A program made the position numbers and the translations under genes. A DNA stretch of 64,000 nucleotides from a bacterium (GTDB taxonomy: Bacteria > Zhuqueibacterota > QNDG01 > JAGLOF01), in NCBI GenBank assembly GCA_023139105.1, contig JAGLOF010000091.1, positions 10,391-74,390 on the forward strand. The letters run 5' to 3'. The notes below the pieces were generated by a model. It saw only the letters and a list, made by a program, of their open reading frames with translations, was not told the origin of the DNA and made no database searches. Below, in pieces: positions 57,830 to 64,000 of this stretch (its first letter is position 1; every line of letters begins with the position of its first letter).

Positions 57830-59197
57830 TTAAGTATTCATCATCTTGTCTAGTCGTTCAAGGTAATCTTTGCATACCTGTTCTGCAAGCTCGCTGTCTT
57901 TAGCCTCAGACATGACACGTACAATTGGTTCTGTATTTGATTTACGTATCTGTACCCAGTAGTCATCATAGTCAATCTTGATACCATCTAAAGTGGAAAC
58001 GCGGTCCTGCGGGGCGTCAGCGGCCAATCTGTCCAACAGTGAATCGGGATTGCTGCTGCCAATGTATAATTTGTCTTTTCTCATAGTGTATTGTGGCAGT
58101 GATTTCCAAAGTTCTGATATGGACTTATCCGCATCAATCAAGGCTTGCAGGACTAATGCAATTGCCACAGGTGCATCACGACCAAGGTGAAGATCCGGCA
58201 AGATGACTCCACCGTTGCCTTCACCGCCAATTACAGCATCCAGTTCATTCATCTTGATAGCTACATGAATTTCACCGACCTTGGTTCTTATGACCTCTGC
58301 GCCCATGCTGCGGGCTATGTCTTCCGTAGCGCGGCTTGTAGAGAGATTTAGCACAACTGGCCCGATCTTCCGGTCAAGCATCATCTTGACAGCAATGGCC
58401 AGTGTATACTCCTCACCCATGGGCTCTCCGGTCTCGGCTACAAGGGCACAGCGGTCTGCATCGGGATCGACTGCAATTCCCAGATCAGCCCGGTGTTCTT
58501 TAACGGCTTCGGCTAGTTGAACAAGGTTGGCGGGAACGGGTTCCGGTTGATGTGCAAACAAACCGGTTGGTTCAAGATTTAATGCAATGGTCTGGCATCC
58601 CAGAGCCTCAAAGAGCTGTGGCAGAATAGTGCCGCCGGCTCCGTTAACACAATCATATGCAACTTTAAATTTACGTTTTTTAATGGCGTCAATATCTATA
58701 ATATCCAGTGCCAAGAGTGCATCAAGATGATGCTGTGTGGCATCGGATTTTGTTGAGATTTTACCAACTTTATCCCAGCTGCACCAGGCTATGGCATCAT
58801 CATCTATCATTTTTTTAACACTGGCACCTTGATTGGCATCCATGAAAATGCCTTCTCCTGTAAGCAGCTTCAATGCATTCCATTCTACAGGATTATGGCT
58901 GGCTGTTATGATGATTCCGCCTACAGCATCGGAATCCTTTACGGCCATTTCCACTGTCGGAGTAGAGCATATGCCCAGGTCAACAGGATCACAGCCAACG
59001 GCCATGAGGCCGGAGAATACTGCGGCTTTTACCATTTCACCTGTTACCCTTGAATCACGGCCAACCATCACCCGGCCGGGGCCGTAAGTGCATCCTGCTG
59101 CTGCTGCAAATTTCATTACCAATTCAGGGGAGAGTCCTTCACCTACAATTCCACGGATACCGGAGACAGAGATCATAACTGGTTTACTCATGACCAA
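57830..59197 (-). CDS. alpha-D-phosphohexomutase (phosphoglucosamine/phosphomannomutase family)
   Basis: ISVSGIRG, active-site TASHNP, metal-binding GIAVDPDADR, and GGEGNGG motifs. Confidence 0.85.
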   Translation of the reverse strand: MVMSKPVMISVSGIRGIVGEGLSPELVMKFAAAAGCTYGPGRVMVGRDSRVTGEMVKAAVFSGLMAVGCDPVDLGICSTPTVEMAVKDSDAVGGIIITASHNPVEWNALKLLTGEGIFMDANQGASVKKMIDDDAIAWCSWDKVGKISTKSDATQHHLDALLALDIIDIDAIKKRKFKVAYDCVNGAGGTILPQLFEALGCQTIALNLEPTGLFAHQPEPVPANLVQLAEAVKEHRADLGIAVDPDADRCALVAETGEPMGEEYTLAIAVKMMLDRKIGPVVLNLSTSRATEDIARSMGAEVIRTKVGEIHVAIKMNELDAVIGGEGNGGVILPDLHLGRDAPVAIALVLQALIDADKSISELWKSLPQYTMRKDKLYIGSSNPDSLLDRLAADAPQDRVSTLDGIKIDYDDYWVQIRKSNTEPIVRVMSEAKDSELAEQVCKDYLERLDKMMNT

Positions 59198-59580
59198 TCC
59201 TTCTCCTGTCGTGGCGGGCCTTCGCTGCGTACCGAACGTACCAGACCGGTGAGCATTCTTCCAACTTCTTCTATATTTTCAATCAATGTGTCAACATTCT
59301 TTGCGTATTCCAGGTCTCGAGAGAGGATTACCATATATTTTAATGCTTCTATGGATTCCAATGTCCCTTTATAAGCAAACGTTTTATCTTTGGGACTGCG
59401 ACGCATGAATCCCTGTGCTATCCTGATGGGAATGTCAGCGGCAGTATGCCGCATGCGGGATGATAGTTCACCTTTTTCATCCTTGGGATACTTCTTTGTT
59501 AACTCATAGATGTTTAGTACCAGTTTGTGGGATTTTTGCCATACATTTAATTGGCGAAAATCCGTCAGTTTGTCGGACAC
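59188..59580 (-). CDS. four-helix-bundle protein (23S rRNA intervening-sequence protein family)
   Basis: FRQLNVWQKSHKLVLNIYELTKKYPKDE...IPIRIAQG... is typical of the TIGR02436-type family. 130 aa. Overlaps the mutase start by 10 nt. Confidence 0.75.
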   Translation of the reverse strand: MSDKLTDFRQLNVWQKSHKLVLNIYELTKKYPKDEKGELSSRMRHTAADIPIRIAQGFMRRSPKDKTFAYKGTLESIEALKYMVILSRDLEYAKNVDTLIENIEEVGRMLTGLVRSVRSEGPPRQEKDWS

Positions 59581-59618
59581 GTTTCCTCCTTGATATGCAT
59601 CTTAACTTTTTATTACAC

Positions 59619-61865
59619 TCAGTTAAATGTTGCGTTTGCCCCCAGCAGTCCTTCAAATGTTATAAAAAATTGTCGGACCGGTTCCATAAAACGCTGCCGT
59701 AGAGTATAATGATAATTTCTCAGGTTTTTAATCTCAATGCTAATTCTATATCGATTCCATGAATGCCCTGCACGAAAATCCATGACATGCATTGCAACAC
59801 GTGGATCATTTGGATAGATATTGGCGACAGCTTCAGCACGGCTGGCATATCTGTAATCCACACCACAGAAGAAGCCTTTCCAGTTTGCAGCCAGGCCGAT
59901 ATTGGCCCTGTGTCGTGGACGGTAGGGCAGTGGGTCATTATTTTTTATGCGACTATGTGATAGCCATGTGTAGCCCAATGATGTTTCAATTTTACGATTT
60001 AGAAACGCCGTGTTTAAACGTGTCTCTATACCCCATATCCGGGCAGCACCGATATTAGCAAATTGTATAGCCGATTCATTGTCTGCTACCTGTACATCAA
60101 TCATATTATCATAACGGCTGTAAAAAATAGCGGCATCAAGGTCTATCATTGGATTCAGTGGTAGATCGGGCCATCCTGCCATTTGGTGAAAACCGGTTTC
60201 CAGGCTAAGTGCGCGTTCTGCCTTGTCGAGGTTTGGATTGGGAATAACCTTGAATCCCGAGACTATAATTTGTGCAAATATCTCTGCAATAGATGGGGCG
60301 CGAAATCCTCTGCCTGCTGTAAAGCGCCATAGCCCGCCTTGCCAGGTTTTATATACAGCACCAATGCGCGGGCTGATCTGACTGTCTGTACCAATACTGT
60401 CCACATGATGTAGATCAAATCTGGCACCCATGGTGAGTGTCAGGGACGGATGGGGCTGCCATTGGTCTTCGGCATAGACTGCACCGTCCCAAGTACTGCG
60501 GTCACCGTAGATATCTGAATTTGTACCTGCTGTGATTAGTTCAATGCCGCTGGTCAGAGTATGCTTTCCCATGATACGGTCGGTCTGTAGTTCTGCGCCA
60601 AGCCTGTAGTTCTTTGCCTGGTCATTATTATCATAAAAGTCATTTTCCCAGAAAGTATGGTATCCGTTTACCTTTGCCGTAATTCCGAATGTCTCGCTTA
60701 AAACCTGCCTGAAATCGGCATTAATAAACATTTTTTCATATCGAACATTGTTGCCCAGTTCATTGGCAGGCACTTCCAGTGGAGCTTGCAGACTCTCCCA
60801 TTGTAGTACATCGCCATGATTATTTACAGACCAGCCGCCGGAGATATTAAGCAATCGGCCTTTACCCAGATCAGTACGGGATTTTGCCATTAAATTCAAC
60901 CGACTATAATCACCGTTTTGCTGGTATCCTGTAGAACTGCGCTGTGTCATATGCAGTCTTATGCCAGTCCTGCCAATTTTACGACTGTGGGTCAGTGAGA
61001 TACCTTTGGTTGATAGAGCTTCAGAGAAACTAAGATTATTATCGGCGAGTTGAGTCATTAGGAAATTATCTGTCCAGGCCCATTGGTCATAGGCCGGTTT
61101 ATCAAAAAAGCCCCATGTCAATTTGTAACGTGTCTCAGGAGTTGTACTGGGAGCTTTTGTTATAATATTTATCACTCCTGCCATTGCATTTGAACCGTAG
61201 AGTGCCGAACCTGCACCCTTCACTACTTCTATCTGTTCAACCTCTTCCGGGGCTATGGCATCCCAGTTAATACCACCTGTATCACCACCAATAAGTGGGT
61301 GACCGTCAAGCAGGAGCAGGACGCGGCTGCCAGCAGTCCAGTTGAATCCTGTGGATCCGCGGATGTCTATCTGGCCGTCTATCACACCAATACCGGCAGA
61401 ATTAGCCAGTACTTCATCCACACTGACCACATTGCGAAGGGCGATATCTTTGCCGCGAACAACATCCACCGAGATTGGTGTAGATTCTAAAGGTTGCTGC
61501 CTCTTGGACGCTGTCACTATAACGGCAGGACCAATGATCGGCGCGGAAGTTAATCTGATTTCAATGATTTGTATTGATCCCGGCTCTACTGTTATGGGCA
61601 AGGTGTGTCGTTCATAGCCTATCATAGATGAAATTAATGTATAGTTGCCTGTGCCCATTCCCTCTATTATAAAATGTCCCTGTGTATTGGTTGCAGCTCC
61701 CAGAAGAGTACCCTTTACGGATACATTGCAGCCGTATAGAGCTTTGCCGGTTTCACTATTGAGTACAAAACCTTCAATGCTTGTACGCTTTTGTGCATGA
61801 AGAGGCAGGGTAGATAGAGATACTATCAGTATGATGAATTTCATGCAATTGGCAGCCAGTCTCAT
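59619..61865 (-). CDS. TonB-dependent receptor with N-terminal carboxypeptidase-regulatory-like domain
   Basis: A signal peptide, a CarboxypepD_reg block (IEGFVLNSETGKALYGCNVSV), a plug (VDVVRGKDI...IEVVKGAGSALYGSNAMAGVINIITK), and a long barrel. The start overlaps the upstream gene's stop as ATGA. Confidence 0.9.
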   Translation of the reverse strand: MRLAANCMKFIILIVSLSTLPLHAQKRTSIEGFVLNSETGKALYGCNVSVKGTLLGAATNTQGHFIIEGMGTGNYTLISSMIGYERHTLPITVEPGSIQIIEIRLTSAPIIGPAVIVTASKRQQPLESTPISVDVVRGKDIALRNVVSVDEVLANSAGIGVIDGQIDIRGSTGFNWTAGSRVLLLLDGHPLIGGDTGGINWDAIAPEEVEQIEVVKGAGSALYGSNAMAGVINIITKAPSTTPETRYKLTWGFFDKPAYDQWAWTDNFLMTQLADNNLSFSEALSTKGISLTHSRKIGRTGIRLHMTQRSSTGYQQNGDYSRLNLMAKSRTDLGKGRLLNISGGWSVNNHGDVLQWESLQAPLEVPANELGNNVRYEKMFINADFRQVLSETFGITAKVNGYHTFWENDFYDNNDQAKNYRLGAELQTDRIMGKHTLTSGIELITAGTNSDIYGDRSTWDGAVYAEDQWQPHPSLTLTMGARFDLHHVDSIGTDSQISPRIGAVYKTWQGGLWRFTAGRGFRAPSIAEIFAQIIVSGFKVIPNPNLDKAERALSLETGFHQMAGWPDLPLNPMIDLDAAIFYSRYDNMIDVQVADNESAIQFANIGAARIWGIETRLNTAFLNRKIETSLGYTWLSHSRIKNNDPLPYRPRHRANIGLAANWKGFFCGVDYRYASRAEAVANIYPNDPRVAMHVMDFRAGHSWNRYRISIEIKNLRNYHYTLRQRFMEPVRQFFITFEGLLGANATFN

Positions 61866-62380
61866 TCAGCGTCTCCCGGCCACTCAAAGAATGGTCTGTC
61901 TCTATTAATATGTATCAAATTTGCATTAATATTAATGCCTGTAATGCGTTGTCCGTCTCTAACAGTGATAGATTGTGGCTCATCTGTTTCATCGGATGTA
62001 TTTGTATAAGCTCCCAATTCTTTGACGCCTTGCAAGTAGTCATCCAATTCCGGAAACCAGGCAACAACAATCCATTTATATTCTCCGGGAGCCAGATCCA
62101 GGCTGTATTCGACCTGGTTGCGGAATAGGGCAAGAGTATCTGAAAAGACAAGATCGCCTGTTAGAAATGCAGTGGTCATGAAGTTTATTAGCTCTGTGTT
62201 TTCACTGAGCCCATGGGGGAAATGGCGCAGAGCTGCTACTCGTACTTCACGGGTAGAGTCAGGCCAGCTGCCTTCAAAGCTGATAATGCCTGTAATGCCC
62301 GGTGTAGAAAGATTATCCGTTCCGGGCTCCAGCCCATGGCCGTCATAACAGGCTGTACATAGCCAGGTAAGTGCCGCCAT
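61862..62380 (-). CDS. hypothetical lipoprotein co-transcribed with the TonB-dependent receptor
   Basis: LTWLCTAC lipobox-like N-terminus, 172 aa, with a translationally coupled ATGA overlap to the receptor gene. Confidence 0.5.
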   Translation of the reverse strand: MAALTWLCTACYDGHGLEPGTDNLSTPGITGIISFEGSWPDSTREVRVAALRHFPHGLSENTELINFMTTAFLTGDLVFSDTLALFRNQVEYSLDLAPGEYKWIVVAWFPELDDYLQGVKELGAYTNTSDETDEPQSITVRDGQRITGININANLIHINRDRPFFEWPGDAE

Positions 62381-62414
62381 TAATATGGCGAGAGTTCTGT
62401 AGATATTTATATGA

Positions 62415-62936
62415 TTATAACGAATTGTTCTGATCCTCTATTTGCTGAGGTGAAGCTTTTTTCTTAAATATGGCTACACCGATTATGCCGCCAAGTAAAC
62501 CAAATATACTATAGATAATTAATGATGCAATGAGTTGTATAACAACAAAGAAAGGACTCAGGAAGCCTTCTTCGCCTATACCATTGAAAAAATCTTCAAT
62601 TTCCGGGTCAATATCACCCTGGTATTGACGGATATTATCAAAAATATCATCCAGAGGCATGGCATTTCCCATTGCCATGAAGAGTGTATTGAGTAATGTA
62701 AAGAACAAGGCACCAAATACACCGGCTAAAAGGCCTATAAGCGCACCGTCACCACCGGTCATGACAGTTCCGGCCGGGAGGTTTTTTCTATAGAACCATA
62801 CAGCCATGGCACCACCAATTAGCAGCCACATACAGCAAAGACAATTGCCCAGATTAATTAAAGGTACAGTTGACAGAATTGCCATTGTACCGCCGCCTAT
62901 GAGTGCAGGGATCAGCTTACTCGGTTGATTCTCCAT
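62415..62936 (-). CDS. hypothetical multi-pass membrane protein
   Basis: Four hydrophobic, glycine-rich helices. No family recognised. Confidence 0.5.
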   Translation of the reverse strand: MENQPSKLIPALIGGGTMAILSTVPLINLGNCLCCMWLLIGGAMAVWFYRKNLPAGTVMTGGDGALIGLLAGVFGALFFTLLNTLFMAMGNAMPLDDIFDNIRQYQGDIDPEIEDFFNGIGEEGFLSPFFVVIQLIASLIIYSIFGLLGGIIGVAIFKKKASPQQIEDQNNSL

Positions 62937-62939
62937 TAT

Positions 62940-63428
62940 CTACCTCCGTTTGTTGAGTTTCAAAAATAATTCTTCCAGAGCCGGTATTACAAAAAAAGGT
63001 ATCGATGCCCCTGCTGCAAAGCCAATTGCTGCCCGTAATGTTAATGAGCCGAAGATCAATCCTGTTTTTTCAAGCGCAAATTCAAATGCCGAAGGCAACA
63101 GGGCGGCCCAGAGCCATCCACGTGCGGGTGGCAAATGGAAGCGCAGCCTGTTGAAAAACAGGACTATTGTCGACACCAGGAAGCCTGTATATATGCCTGT
63201 ACAGCGAGCACATATGGGCATTGCATTGCCCCAAATATGCCAACATCTTGCTGAATCCTGATGGCATACAGGTGAAAAAAAAAGGGTGAATCCCATAGCC
63301 CATGTACGTTGAGCTCTGTCACCATTTGCCAACATTGGTTCAAGCAGGAACATTCCGCACCATATCAGTGCACCTGCCAGTAGAAAACCCATTATGAACT
63401 TTTGAGGAACAGACGATTTTTTATCCAA
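62940..63428 (-). CDS. DUF2085-family membrane protein
   Basis: CHQDSARCW...PICARCTGIYTGF motif characteristic of DUF2085. Confidence 0.7.
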   Translation of the reverse strand: MDKKSSVPQKFIMGFLLAGALIWCGMFLLEPMLANGDRAQRTWAMGFTLFFSPVCHQDSARCWHIWGNAMPICARCTGIYTGFLVSTIVLFFNRLRFHLPPARGWLWAALLPSAFEFALEKTGLIFGSLTLRAAIGFAAGASIPFFVIPALEELFLKLNKRR

Positions 63429-63697
63429 TTTAAATAACCAGAAAAACTTATTATCAATAATGCAAATTTAATATGTTTCAAATATCAAGATATTTATGGT
63501 AAAAGTCAAATCCTTTCTCTCTAAATGTTGCCTTTTGATCAGGAAATTGCTAGTTTTATGACTTGTTCTAATTTTGAAGTGAATGAAGTTGTCACTGGGG
63601 ATATTGATATTTTCTGTGGAGAAAATTATACAAGCCCCGGGGGATCTTTCCAATTCCGGGGCTTGTGTTATTGTCCTTCAATAATAATTTAGAAGAC

Positions 63698-64000
63698 CTA
63701 TTTTTGCAGTATCAGCTTGGATATTTTTACCTGTCCGTCACATTCCATGCGGCAGATGTATACGCCTGACGGTCTGTCTGCTGCATCCCATTGTAATTTA
63801 TGTACCCCTGCCGACATTGTCCGGTCTGTAAGGGTTTCTATCAGGCGTCCGCGAATGTCAAAGATCTGTATTTTCACCTCTTCTTGTGCCGGCAATGTAA
63901 ATGAAATGCAGGTCTCCGGGTTGAAGGGATTGGGATATGCCGGATTCAGCATGAGCTGACGTGGAATTGTAATTACTTCAATGTCAGAGTAATTACTCCA
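63698..64000 (-). CDS. C-terminal part of a secreted protein with T9SS-type sorting domain (N-terminus beyond window)
   Basis: The frame stays open to base 64000. YPNPFNPETCISFTL...GVYICRM...KLILQK is the sorting-domain signature. Confidence 0.7.
   Translation of the reverse strand, partial: WSNYSDIEVITIPRQLMLNPAYPNPFNPETCISFTLPAQEEVKIQIFDIRGRLIETLTDRTMSAGVHKLQWDAADRPSGVYICRMECDGQVKISKLILQK

Overview
This is a bacterial chromosomal segment, moderately AT-rich. It is probably from an uncultured FCB-superphylum-like lineage, because two proteins end in T9SS-type sorting domains (NYPNPFNPET...). That taxonomic call is inference only. Two regions stand out.

(1) Region 959-4498 holds three adjacent exported TlpA/ResA-like thioredoxin-fold genes. 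Each is split by one in-frame TGA sitting exactly at the first Cys of the CxxC motif (U-S-S-C, U-R-E-C, U-G-A-C). Each TGA is followed 14-16 nt later by a conserved stem-loop (GGAGTT-N-CC core) that looks like a SECIS element. A tRNA-Sec (anticodon TCA, long variable arm) lies inside the cluster at 2376-2475. TGA is an ordinary stop elsewhere (for example panC), so this looks like site-specific Sec recoding.

(2) Region 27.1-44.5 kb is a polymorphic-toxin locus.
- The main gene encodes a 2733-aa, signal-peptide-bearing, teneurin-like RHS/YD protein: 3 x CBM-like/Ig-like modules with an exact 735-bp period, a TTR-like domain, NHL repeats, the YD shell, an RHS core ending in DPTGL, and a LysM-like plus glycine-zipper C-terminal toxin. 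A small membrane immunity gene follows.
- Three promoterless orphan RHS-CT/immunity cassettes follow. One carries a Tlde1/DUF2778-like L,D-transpeptidase-fold toxin paired with a signal-peptide immunity protein.
- A 1.2-kb truncated copy of the RHS body follows (about 95% identical over the first ~450 bp compared by eye), with two classes of conserved cassette-junction DNA and smaller RHS remnants.
- No T6SS, CDI or T9SS export marker accompanies the locus.

The rest is mostly housekeeping or accessory:
- CN-hydrolase, exbD, panC.
- A four-gene operon of sensor kinases.
- DUF523/DUF1722, an L,D-transpeptidase, and a nupC-tdk-udk salvage operon.
- A hybrid kinase plus an MCP, xth, a PAP2-like protein, and a CheY-like regulator.
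- ychF, a DEAD-box helicase, YitT, rsmE.
- Two single-POTRA Omp85 proteins plus an FG-GAP protein.
- A TPR-thioredoxin-like paralogue whose CxxC is SxxS.
- DUF4390, a phosphohexomutase, a four-helix-bundle protein, a TonB-dependent receptor, and DUF2085.

Several intergenic inverted-repeat (REP/MITE-like) elements and CA/GT-rich low-complexity arrays are present. No CRISPR array, rRNA, transposase or integrase was seen.
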